From positions 1 to 28,653 of the forward strand of contig CAYWTX010000329.1 of NCBI GenBank assembly GCA_964461295.1: a DNA stretch of 28,653 nt. The letters run 5' to 3'. The DNA is from an uncultured Planctomycetaceae bacterium (lineage in GTDB: Bacteria > Planctomycetota > Phycisphaerae > SM23-33). A program made the translations under genes and the position numbers. Below the pieces are notes generated by a model. It saw only the letters and a list, made by a program, of their open reading frames with translations. It made no database searches and was not told the origin of the DNA. Below are positions 1-8,248 of this stretch, piece by piece; positions within the stretch are counted from its first letter, which is position 1; the number at the start of each line of letters is the position of its first letter.

Positions 1-104
1 AGACTGGCGACCGATACCATGTAAGCGTCTCCTGGGTGGGGTGTTTGGGCTTCTACCAATCCCCATCCTACCCCATTCCAGGAGACCCCGAAACCGCCCG
101 CCGC

Positions 105-1406
105 TCACGGGGTTCCAGGATTATCTTGGACAAGAGTGGGGCCGAACGAAGGGGATCCCCGGTACTTCACCTCAACGGGGATCACGTACTTGGGGCTGCG
201 AACGATGATGTCAACTTCCCGGTCGCTTGCGGCGTCGCGCCAGTAGAGGATCTCGGGCACATCCCTGTAGTAATACGCGTACAGATGACGAAGAACGGTT
301 GTCTCCACCACCTTTCCCATCTCTTCGGGTTTCTGGAGGATTTCCTCGCCCCGCAACAGAACCGCGTTCCTCAGCGCCGCGTCGACTAGATACACTTTGT
401 GCCGAGCCTTCAAGGCCTTCTTGCCCCCACTTTCCCAAGGCTTCAGCCGGTAGATCAGGTATGCTTGCTCAAGCAACTCCAAATGGTTGGTCACCGTGAT
501 GGGCGAGACTTCCAGGGCATCCGCGCATGTCTTGGCGGCGATGACGCCGCCGCTGTGGATGCACAGGTACGTGAAGAGGTTCTCCAAGTGCGACACTGTC
601 CTGACGCCGAACAGTGCCGTCATGTCTCGCTTCAGGACCCGCTCCACCACATCCTCGCGCAGGAGCTTCTGGCAAAACTGGATGTCCCGGTGTTTGGCGG
701 TTTCCGGGAACCCGCCCACGAGAAGATACCGCTGGAAGAGGGGCATCAGGCTGCCCATCCGCGTCGCAAGGTCGGCCCTGCCGCCATGGTCCATCTCGAA
801 CAGGTCCATCGGTCGTAGGTTCCGGGGAACGGAGGAGGTGTCCTCGCCTCGGATCTGGAGAAACTCGTAGAAGGACAACGTGGGGATGGGCACTGAAATC
901 CACCGGCCGACGCCGCTGTCGCTCAATCGGTGTCGGTGAACAACGCTGGCTGATCCCGTGGCCAGGATTCGATACCACGGCGCATGGTCGATCAACTGCT
1001 TCAGCTCCAGGTCCCAGTCTCTCTGGTACTGCACCTCATCCAGCAACAGATAGACCTTCTGTTTCTCCGGGTATATGTTGCTGTGATAGACCCTCAGGAC
1101 TTCCGGGAGTTGGAGAAGCTTGAGTATCGGGTGATCCAAACTCAAGTAAAGGACTTGTTTGGGGTCGCACCCGTCGGCAAGCAATCCCTGCACCGTCTGC
1201 TCCAGGATGGTGGTCTTACCGACCCTGCGAGGTCCCGAAAGGATAACGGCCCGACGGAGGGCTTCATCCTTCAGGTGCTTCATGCAGATGCGATACGCCA
1301 ACCTTCGGAAGTCAGGCACGGCCATAGACTTGCCCGTCCACCACGGGTTGAACCCGTGCAGGATGGACAGGACCTCGCCGGTGTCGATGAAGTCGCGTGT
1401 AGGCAT
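105..1406 (-). CDS. AAA+ ATPase, DUF4143-type (COG1373-like) ATP-binding protein
   Basis: 433-aa ORF. Walker A is GPRRVGKTT and Walker B-like is LLLDEVQ. The length and order (AAA domain then C-terminal DUF4143-like region) match the common stand-alone 'ATPase, AAA family/DUF4143' proteins. Confidence 0.85.
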   Translation of the reverse strand: MPTRDFIDTGEVLSILHGFNPWWTGKSMAVPDFRRLAYRICMKHLKDEALRRAVILSGPRRVGKTTILEQTVQGLLADGCDPKQVLYLSLDHPILKLLQLPEVLRVYHSNIYPEKQKVYLLLDEVQYQRDWDLELKQLIDHAPWYRILATGSASVVHRHRLSDSGVGRWISVPIPTLSFYEFLQIRGEDTSSVPRNLRPMDLFEMDHGGRADLATRMGSLMPLFQRYLLVGGFPETAKHRDIQFCQKLLREDVVERVLKRDMTALFGVRTVSHLENLFTYLCIHSGGVIAAKTCADALEVSPITVTNHLELLEQAYLIYRLKPWESGGKKALKARHKVYLVDAALRNAVLLRGEEILQKPEEMGKVVETTVLRHLYAYYYRDVPEILYWRDAASDREVDIIVRSPKYVIPVEVKYRGSPSFGPTLVQDNPGTP

Positions 1407-1513
1407 AAAGACTTCAGTCTCTCCGTTCTATTATCGACTATCGCGTGCGAAGTCTATGGTATACTATAGACATTCGCCAGGCAAGATGATAGTAGCTCTG
1501 GAAAGAGTGAAAC

Positions 1514-2836
1514 TCACGCCTCGCAGCAGCAACAGCAGCAATCGGTGTCCCAGACGGCGCGAGCGGCCTTGGCGAAGCGGGCGAGGATGTCGGGAATGCT
1601 CATCCATTCCACGCCCTTGAGGTAGGTCCGCATCTTGTTGCGGAAGGGCTTGTACCAGTGCTCCGGGACGCCGTCGATCCCCACGCACGCGCCGACGATG
1701 CTCCCGGCCGTTGCGGCCGTGCAGTCGTTGTCGTAGCCCATGGCGACGGTGTTGCCCAACACCGCGGTCACGTCGCGGCCGCCGAGGGCCAGGCCGAAGA
1801 TCGTCAGGCAGGCGTTGTTGTTGGTGTGGACGCTGTGCATGCCGGGGAATCGCTCGTCGACGAGCTTTCGCCCGTGCTGCCAGTCCTTGAGCTTGCCGGC
1901 CTGCTTGAGGGCCCACGTCACGTCGGCAGTCAGCCGGCAGGAGCGCGGGATCTCGCTCAGGGCGATGCGGCAGGCGTCCAGCGGGTCGTCGCAGGCGAAC
2001 GCGGCCGCGATGGCGGCGGCGAAGTACATCTCGCCGTAGATGCCGTTGTAGCGGTGCGAGAGCCAGGCGTCGCGGTAGGCGAGTTCGGCGGCCTTTTCCG
2101 GCCAGCCGGGGGCGGCGTAGCCCCACGGGTCGGAGCGGATGTCGGCGCCGATCCACTCCATGTAGGGGTTGCCCTTTTCGCCCGCCTTGGAGGCGGGCAC
2201 GCCGGCCTTGAGGTTCTCCAGTGCGACGTGCTCGGCCGTGCAGGCCATCGGCAGGTACTTCAGCCAAGCCTCGCCGACGTCGGCGGTGGTGAAATCGGGG
2301 CCGTGCTCCTCAAGGATGAGCAGGCCCAGCACGGTGTAGACGACGTCGTCGTCGACGGGGACGTGGGTCATCTTCTGGCGGAGGTAGTCCTCGCAGCGAG
2401 ACACGTCGTAGCGCTTGTCCCATGGGCTGCCGATGAACGTCCAGTAGTCGGTTGGCGGGTAGGCCATCTTGCAGTGCCCGGCCAGGGCCTGCATGCGATG
2501 GGGCTGCCAGCCCTCGACGATGGCGCCGAGGGTGCATCCGGCCGCGCGGGCAAGGAAGGCGCCCTTGACGCGGCGGCGGTACTCGCGGGCGTCGAAGGAG
2601 CACCAGAGCTGCCGCGGCCCGTTGGGCCTCTCGGCAAGGATCTCCGGCAGCGGGTTGGGTTCGTTGTCGGCGATGGCGCGGGAGGGCCCGGCCCTCCGCA
2701 TCTCGGCCGTGAGGGCGGCGATTCGCCGGCGGAGGGCGTTGATCGCGGGCCGGACCTTCGCGCCCTGCTCGTGGCGGACGTCGGCCCATTCCAGGAGGCG
2801 GCTGAGGTCTTTCTTGAGGTCGTCGAAGTAGGGCAT
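1514..2836 (-). CDS. ADP-ribosylglycohydrolase family protein (DraG/ARH-like) with an unusual poly-Cys C-terminus
   Basis: 440 aa. The N-terminal GCTLGAIVEG block and C-terminal GYDNDCTAATAGSIVGA block correspond to the two metal-binding signature regions of ADP-ribosylglycohydrolases (GxxxGDALG ... GGDTDT-type). The C-terminus is ...DTDCCCCCCEA. Confidence 0.8.
   Translation of the reverse strand: MPYFDDLKKDLSRLLEWADVRHEQGAKVRPAINALRRRIAALTAEMRRAGPSRAIADNEPNPLPEILAERPNGPRQLWCSFDAREYRRRVKGAFLARAAGCTLGAIVEGWQPHRMQALAGHCKMAYPPTDYWTFIGSPWDKRYDVSRCEDYLRQKMTHVPVDDDVVYTVLGLLILEEHGPDFTTADVGEAWLKYLPMACTAEHVALENLKAGVPASKAGEKGNPYMEWIGADIRSDPWGYAAPGWPEKAAELAYRDAWLSHRYNGIYGEMYFAAAIAAAFACDDPLDACRIALSEIPRSCRLTADVTWALKQAGKLKDWQHGRKLVDERFPGMHSVHTNNNACLTIFGLALGGRDVTAVLGNTVAMGYDNDCTAATAGSIVGACVGIDGVPEHWYKPFRNKMRTYLKGVEWMSIPDILARFAKAARAVWDTDCCCCCCEA
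1523..1540 (-). repeat. (TGC/TGT)6 trinucleotide microsatellite encoding the C-terminal hexa-cysteine run of the ADP-ribosylglycohydrolase
   Basis: The plus strand is gcagcagcaacagcagca; the minus strand is tgc tgc tgt tgc tgc tgc (CCCCCC), followed by GAG GCG TGA. Confidence 0.85.
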
Positions 2837-2998
2837 GGCTTTACCTTTCTTGGGTAGCGGGGATCATACCCGCGCGGACACGGAACGCCAAGCGGCGGCT
2901 TGGTCGATGCAAGCCGCGGACAAAGCAGGTTCTGTATGGCGGGCCGAGGCCGGCCGAAAACGACGGCACGTTCGCGCACCGCGTCGGTTAGAGGTGGT

Positions 2999-5900
2999 AT
3001 GTCAGCCAGAAGCAATGCGCATTGGATGGCGGCGTCCCTGGTGGGTTCCCTGCTGTGCTTGTCTTGCCTCGCCGCCCAGAGAGGGCCGAGCCCGGCCACG
3101 AACCCGGGGGTCGCCGCGCCCGCCTCGGCGCCGGCGAGTTCGGGGGTGAACGGACCTGACGACACGGTTGCCAAGGCCGCTCGGCTTCGCCTGGCCATTG
3201 AGGACCTCATCGCGACCTTCGGCGACCGCTACGCGCGGGGGCGCGAGTACCTCCGACGGCTCAACGCCCTGGTGGAGGGCCGCGGCCAGGAATCGCTCGA
3301 CGAACTGCGCGACCAAGCCCTGCTGGACAACCCGCTGCTCGATGACATCCAGGGACTGTTGGTCCTGGTGGGAGCGGGAGGTTCCGACGGCGGCACGATG
3401 AGTGTCAGTGCCCACATCGGTAAGGCCATCGGCCTTGTCTCGCCGGTCCGTCCCGGAAAATCAGAGACCGCGCCAGGAATGAAGATCCTGTATGAATCGA
3501 AGTTGGGGCCGGAGGAGGTCGCCAAGTACAAGTGCAAGTGGGACGCCTCCAAAGGTTCCGTCGGGTTCATCAATCTGCACTACGACGCCAGGAAATTCCT
3601 CTTCAGCGCGGCGGCAAGAAACGGATACCAGATCTTCGAGATGAACGTGGACGGCAGCGGTTTGCGGCAGGTGTCCTCGGACGAGCATCCGTACGTGGAC
3701 AACTTCGATCCTGTTTACATGCCGGACGGGCGGATTGTCTTCCTCTCCACCCGCATGTTCCAAGGGGTGCCGTGCCTGGGCGGAGAACCGCATGTCGCCA
3801 ACCTGTTCTCGATGAAGGCCGACGGCAGCGACGTGCGCCAACTCACGTTCGAACAGGACGAAGACTGGGACCCCGCCGTCATGAACGACGGCCGGGTGAT
3901 GTATGTTCGCTGGGAGTACGCCGACACGCCGCACCATCATACCCGGCTGATCTTCACCATGAACCCGGACGGAACAAACCAAAGAGCTCTGATGAAGAGC
4001 AACTCCTATTGGCCCAACGCGATCTTCTACCCAAGGCCGATCCCCAATCATGCCACCCGGTTCGTCGGCGTCATCTCGGGCCATCACGGCGGCGGCCGTT
4101 CCGGTCCCATGTACGTCTTCGATCCGGGCATGGCGAACGAGGCGTCGAGCGCGGTGGTCCAGCGTATTCCGCCCGATCCGAACGAACTGCACAAGTCGCC
4201 GCGGTGGCTGGAGGAATCATCCTATGATGGTCCTCCCCGCATGTCCTGCCCAAAGTATAGCCATCCCCACCCGCTCGCCGATGCCGAGGGGCGCGGGGCC
4301 GGCAAGTACTTCCTGGCGGGAGGGGCCGTGGTGGACGTGTTCGGCAACAGCGTCGGCCTGGCGGGCGGAGGCGCCGAGGTGGTCCCGATCCAGGTCCGAC
4401 CGCGCCCGCCGATCATCCCCGACCGGACGGATCGCACACGCAAGGACGCCCTGGTCTACCTGGCGGATATCCATCGGGGCGGCGGGCTCGAGGGCGTGCC
4501 GCGCGGCACGGTCAAGAAGTTGCGCGTGTTCGAGTATAGCTTCGGGTACCGCGATACCAAGTCCGCCGGCGAAGCGGGCAAGGGCTGGTCTGGTCCGTGG
4601 GAGCCGCATCGAATCTGGGGCACCGTACCGGTGGAAGCAGATGGTTCGGCCCATTTCCTCGTTCCGGCGATGACGCCGCTGGCCCTTCAGCCGCTGGATG
4701 CCGAAGGCAAAGCCCTGCAGGTCATGCGGAGCTGGTTTGTGGCCCAGCCGGGCGAGAGTATTTCCTGTGTTGGCTGTCACGAGCGACCCAAAGACGTTTC
4801 GTCGGGCACAATGGTAGGCGCGGCATTCCGCCGTCCTCCGAACCCGATCGAGCCCTGGTACGGCCCCCCGCGCGGCTTCGGCTTCCACCGCGAGGTCCAA
4901 CCGGTGCTCAACAAGCACTGCGCCGGCTGTCACACGGGCGCGAATGTCCCCAAGGGTGTCAGAAAGCCCAACCTGGTATCCGAGTCACTGAGGGTTTCGA
5001 CGGCCAAGAATGGCCGCACCGCCATAAACCCCAGTGACTCCTTCACGAACCTGCTTCCGTACATCCATCGTCCGTCGTCGGAGAGCGACTACGTCATGCA
5101 TCCGGCCGCCGAATTCGACGCGGACGCCAGCCCGCTGATCCAGATGCTGCGCAGCGGCCACGGCGGCGTGAAACTCGACGCCGAGAGCTGGGACCGCCTG
5201 GTCACGTGGATCGACCTGAACGCGCCGGCATTCGGCACTTGGCGGGAGGGCTGGAGCATCCCCGCGCCCCAAGGCGGCGAGGAAGACTTCAGTGAGCTGC
5301 GGAGGAAGATGCGCAGGCTCTATGCCGGCATCGATGACGATCCTGAGTCCGTGCCGTCGTCCCCGGTGGACCTGGGGCCGCCCGTTAAGCACCAGTCGCC
5401 GCCGGCGGCGCCGGTCCCCGACTGCCCGGGCTGGCCGTTCGACCCCAACGCCGCCGCGAAGATGCAGCAGACGGCCGGCGCAAGGACTTCCAGGCGCGTC
5501 GTGCTCGTGGCCGGCGAAACCGCCCGCGATGTGGTCCTCGACATGGCCCTGATCCCGGCGGGCGAGTTTATGATGGGCGCCAATGAAGGCAGGCCCGACG
5601 AGCGGCCCATGGCCCGGGTGAAGATCGACCGGCCGTTCTGGATGGGCACCTTTGAGATCACCAACCAACAATACAACCTCTTCGATCGACAACACGACAG
5701 CCGCTACCACAATCAACCTAGTTGCCACCTGGGCGGACGGGGCTGGCCCATGAATCATCCGTTGCAGCCGGTCGTGCGGGTCTCCTGGCAACAGGCGGCC
5801 GCGTTCTGCCGCTGGCTGTCGGAGAAGACAGGAGAGAAGTTCCGTCTTCCCACCGAGGCGCAGTGGGAATGGGCCTGCCGGGCCGGGTCCGACAAGCCTC

Positions 5901-6460
5901 TCTCGTTTCGTGACGGCAAGGGCGATTACGGGGCGTGGGCCAACATGGCGAACATTGGGAGTTTCAAGACCAAAACGGGGGCCACGGTCACAATACCCGC
6001 CGGTGCGAGTGAGCCGGTGACGCTGCCGCCCGGGTTCTTCAGTTGGGCCGACCAATCGGCCGCCAGGCCGTTCTCCCTGGTCGCAGAACCGGGGTCCGGG
6101 CTCATGCAGACCGTAGGGGGAATGAACAGCAAAGGTTTTGCCATGTTTGTGAGCGCCACATGGAAGTCCATGCCGCGGTACACTCCCAATCCCTGGGGGT
6201 TGCACAACATGCACGGGAACGCGGCCGAATGGACGGCCACCGCCTATCGCCCCTATCCCTATGATGGGAAAGACGGACGCAATGAGGATGGCGGGGGCCT
6301 GCGCAGAGTGGTGCGTGGCGGTTCCTGCTTTGACCTGCCCACGCATTGCACAGCCAGTGTGCGTACATCGTTCCGCAGTTGGCAGGGCGTCCACAACGTG
6401 GGATTCCGCGTCATATGTGAAGTGGTCGACCCTGGCGAGAAAGCACGGGACCAGGAGTGA
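2999..6460 (+). CDS. large secreted multidomain protein: TolB-like beta-propeller + 2x CxxCH Planctomycete cytochrome c (PSCyt1-like) + C-terminal FGE-sulfatase (SUMF1/formylglycine-generating-enzyme family) domain
   Basis: The ORF frame opens at 2900. The ATG at 2999 (M34) precedes a signal-peptide-like segment (MAASLVGSLLCLSCLAAQ) and has GAGGTGG just upstream. PD40/TolB-like repeats are present (YMPDGRIVFLS, MKADGSDVRQLT, MNDGRVMYV, MNPDGTNQRAL). There are two heme-c motifs, ISCVGCHERP and NKHCAGCHTG; the second is followed by the PSCyt1-like tail ...LVTWIDLNAPAFG. The C-terminal region (LIPAGEFMMG, RVKIDRPFWMGTFEIT, RLPTEAQWEWACRAG, GNAAEWTA, RVVRGGS) matches the FGE-sulfatase/SUMF1 domain signature. 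Confidence 0.75.
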   Translation: MSARSNAHWMAASLVGSLLCLSCLAAQRGPSPATNPGVAAPASAPASSGVNGPDDTVAKAARLRLAIEDLIATFGDRYARGREYLRRLNALVEGRGQESLDELRDQALLDNPLLDDIQGLLVLVGAGGSDGGTMSVSAHIGKAIGLVSPVRPGKSETAPGMKILYESKLGPEEVAKYKCKWDASKGSVGFINLHYDARKFLFSAAARNGYQIFEMNVDGSGLRQVSSDEHPYVDNFDPVYMPDGRIVFLSTRMFQGVPCLGGEPHVANLFSMKADGSDVRQLTFEQDEDWDPAVMNDGRVMYVRWEYADTPHHHTRLIFTMNPDGTNQRALMKSNSYWPNAIFYPRPIPNHATRFVGVISGHHGGGRSGPMYVFDPGMANEASSAVVQRIPPDPNELHKSPRWLEESSYDGPPRMSCPKYSHPHPLADAEGRGAGKYFLAGGAVVDVFGNSVGLAGGGAEVVPIQVRPRPPIIPDRTDRTRKDALVYLADIHRGGGLEGVPRGTVKKLRVFEYSFGYRDTKSAGEAGKGWSGPWEPHRIWGTVPVEADGSAHFLVPAMTPLALQPLDAEGKALQVMRSWFVAQPGESISCVGCHERPKDVSSGTMVGAAFRRPPNPIEPWYGPPRGFGFHREVQPVLNKHCAGCHTGANVPKGVRKPNLVSESLRVSTAKNGRTAINPSDSFTNLLPYIHRPSSESDYVMHPAAEFDADASPLIQMLRSGHGGVKLDAESWDRLVTWIDLNAPAFGTWREGWSIPAPQGGEEDFSELRRKMRRLYAGIDDDPESVPSSPVDLGPPVKHQSPPAAPVPDCPGWPFDPNAAAKMQQTAGARTSRRVVLVAGETARDVVLDMALIPAGEFMMGANEGRPDERPMARVKIDRPFWMGTFEITNQQYNLFDRQHDSRYHNQPSCHLGGRGWPMNHPLQPVVRVSWQQAAAFCRWLSEKTGEKFRLPTEAQWEWACRAGSDKPLSFRDGKGDYGAWANMANIGSFKTKTGATVTIPAGASEPVTLPPGFFSWADQSAARPFSLVAEPGSGLMQTVGGMNSKGFAMFVSATWKSMPRYTPNPWGLHNMHGNAAEWTATAYRPYPYDGKDGRNEDGGGLRRVVRGGSCFDLPTHCTASVRTSFRSWQGVHNVGFRVICEVVDPGEKARDQE

Positions 6461-6677
6461 CTCCTACCTGACCTGCATCGCTCCGGGCGGAGGCAAGCCA
6501 TGGGGGTCCACCCGATCCGCATGAGTTCGGACGCTTCAACTTCAGCAAGATGCCGGCCGGTCCAGTGTCGCGCGGCCGCGGTTGAACCTTACTTGTGCGG
6601 CGAGTCGGCGTGATGCGATGCTGGGGCTGACCACCGAGAACCGGCTCGCCGACGGCGCAGGCAACGAGGTGGCAGTG

Positions 6678-6683
6678 AAGGAA
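6678..6683 (+). promoter_or_regulatory. Shine-Dalgarno-like AAGGAA for PQQ-propeller paralog 1
   Basis: gtgAAGGAAtcgagcATG, with a 6-nt spacer to the ATG at 6690. Confidence 0.5.
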
Positions 6684-6689
6684 TCGAGC

Positions 6690-8210
6690 ATGCCGCAAAT
6701 GGGCACGACGTTGATGGCCGTCAGTATGATCTGGGCAGCCATGGTCGGCGGTTCGCCAGTGGCCGGCGCTGAGCCTGTCGCCAGCGATATTCCACTGGGT
6801 CACAAGAACTTCGTGCCCACCCCGGAGCGTCCCGTGGGCTGGCGAGGCGACTCCACGGGCCATTTTCCCGGGGCCGATCCCGTCACGGCGTGGGACATCG
6901 AGAAGGGCATCAACATCCTCTGGCGGGTGCCCACGAAGCGGTTCTCCAATGGCATGCCGGTGGTCGTGGGCCAGAAGCTCTTCGTGAACATGGAGCCGCG
7001 CGTCCTGCTCTGCATGGACAAGATGACCGGCAAGCTGCTCTGGGCGCAGGATGGGGGGAAGGAAGAACCCCTGCGCGACGCCGACGCCCTGAAGACGCTG
7101 GTGGTGAATGTTCCCGCGGAAGGCCAGCAGCCGGAACCCCCCTGGTCGCAGCGGAAGCTCAGCTACGGCCAGAACGCCGGCAATTCCATCCCCACGCCGG
7201 TGACGGACGGCAAGCACATCTGGGTCAAGAACGGCGGCGGCGCCGCGTGCTACGACCTCGATGGCGGACGCACCTGGATGGCGGACACCCACCTGGCGAA
7301 CACCGACCATCCAGTAAATGTGCCCTCGCCAATACTCATCGGCGGCGTGCTGGTGTGCGAGGGGGGAATCACCGACCACTGGAAGCAGAACAGCCAGAAC
7401 AAGATCGCCGATGGCGTCATTCCCCCGAACCCGATCAAGAACTTCAAACACTGGCTCGTCGGACTGGATGCCGCCACCGGCAAGGTGCTCTGGGATCTGG
7501 GGCCGCTCAACGCCGGCGGCTACGGCGGACCGCCCACACCCATGGCGCTGAAGCTCACCGACAAGAAGGAGACCGCGACCTTCGTTCTCACCGCGGAGGG
7601 CCACCTTGTGCGGCCGACGGACGGCAAACTAATCAAGCCCTACGTGGGTGGTCGGGCCGCATTTGCCTCGCCCTATCAGTTCGGGCAGTGTGCCATCTTC
7701 ACGCACGGTTACATCTCGTCGGTGCAGTTCACCCTCGGCGGCCCCGGGGAGGCGGACACCGAGCCCGTCTTCAACACGAAATGCCGGTCCGGCATGGGTG
7801 GATCGGTCGTGCACGATGGACTGGTCTACGCGATCAGTTGCGCGAAGGAGGGGCTGTATATCAGCGTCGTGGACGCGACCACGGGGAAGCTGCTTCCCGG
7901 CCTGATGCTGCCGGCTGAGCTTTCCGATAAGGGTGCGGACTGGCCGTCCTGTGCCGCCGCCGGGAAGTACCTCTTCATGCTCACGGATCACCGCGTCTTC
8001 GTGCTGGAACCGGGCGCCACGCCGAAACTCGTGGCAGTGAACGCGGTCGAACGCACGTATTCCGGCCCCGTGTTCGACGGCGAGCGAATGTACCTGCGCA
8101 CACACGATTCCGTCCTGTGCATCGCCCGCAAAGGCGCCGAAGGCACGCGGTATGAACAGGACGCACGCGAGCGAGCACGCGTAGCCGCAACGACACAGAA
8201 GTCCCAGTGA
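6690..8210 (+). CDS. secreted PQQ-like beta-propeller repeat protein (paralog 1)
   Basis: The ORF opens with TTG at 6582. The ATG at 6690 is preceded by AAGGAA (6678-6683, 6-nt spacer) and followed by a signal peptide (MGTTLMAVSMIWAAMVGGSPVAGA). PQQ/BamB-type repeats are present (LLCMDKMTGKLLW, AACYDLDGGRTWM, LVGLDAATGKVLW, SVVDATTGKLL). Confidence 0.75.
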   Translation: MPQMGTTLMAVSMIWAAMVGGSPVAGAEPVASDIPLGHKNFVPTPERPVGWRGDSTGHFPGADPVTAWDIEKGINILWRVPTKRFSNGMPVVVGQKLFVNMEPRVLLCMDKMTGKLLWAQDGGKEEPLRDADALKTLVVNVPAEGQQPEPPWSQRKLSYGQNAGNSIPTPVTDGKHIWVKNGGGAACYDLDGGRTWMADTHLANTDHPVNVPSPILIGGVLVCEGGITDHWKQNSQNKIADGVIPPNPIKNFKHWLVGLDAATGKVLWDLGPLNAGGYGGPPTPMALKLTDKKETATFVLTAEGHLVRPTDGKLIKPYVGGRAAFASPYQFGQCAIFTHGYISSVQFTLGGPGEADTEPVFNTKCRSGMGGSVVHDGLVYAISCAKEGLYISVVDATTGKLLPGLMLPAELSDKGADWPSCAAAGKYLFMLTDHRVFVLEPGATPKLVAVNAVERTYSGPVFDGERMYLRTHDSVLCIARKGAEGTRYEQDARERARVAATTQKSQ

Positions 8211-8248
8211 TGAAACCGCAGCGCCCGACAGCCGGGAGAACGCACAGA

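Noticed and set aside
1658-2857. 399-aa plus-strand ORF antisense to the ADP-ribosylglycohydrolase gene. The same applies to the other long antisense ORFs: 3461-4192, 4985-6394, 6411-7604, 8297-9934, 9759-11348, 12885-14111, 13235-14245, 14208-15299, 15919-17352, 17379-18713, 20105-22375, 22725-25046, 25952-28135 and 26049-27902.
   Set aside because: These are GC-rich shadow frames. Their translations are dominated by R/G/A/P low-complexity strings with no recognisable motifs. In each case the opposite strand carries a protein with clear family signatures (ADP-ribosylglycohydrolase, PQQ repeats, KamA CxxxCxxC, Ddl-type ATP-grasp, Snf7, AAA Walker motifs, and so on).
2900-2998. First 33 codons of the big multidomain ORF, using the start at 2900.
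   Set aside because: This segment is Arg-rich with no signal-peptide character. The ATG at 2999 has an adjacent GAGGTGG and is followed directly by a hydrophobic signal sequence, so it is the more plausible start for a secreted heme/propeller protein.
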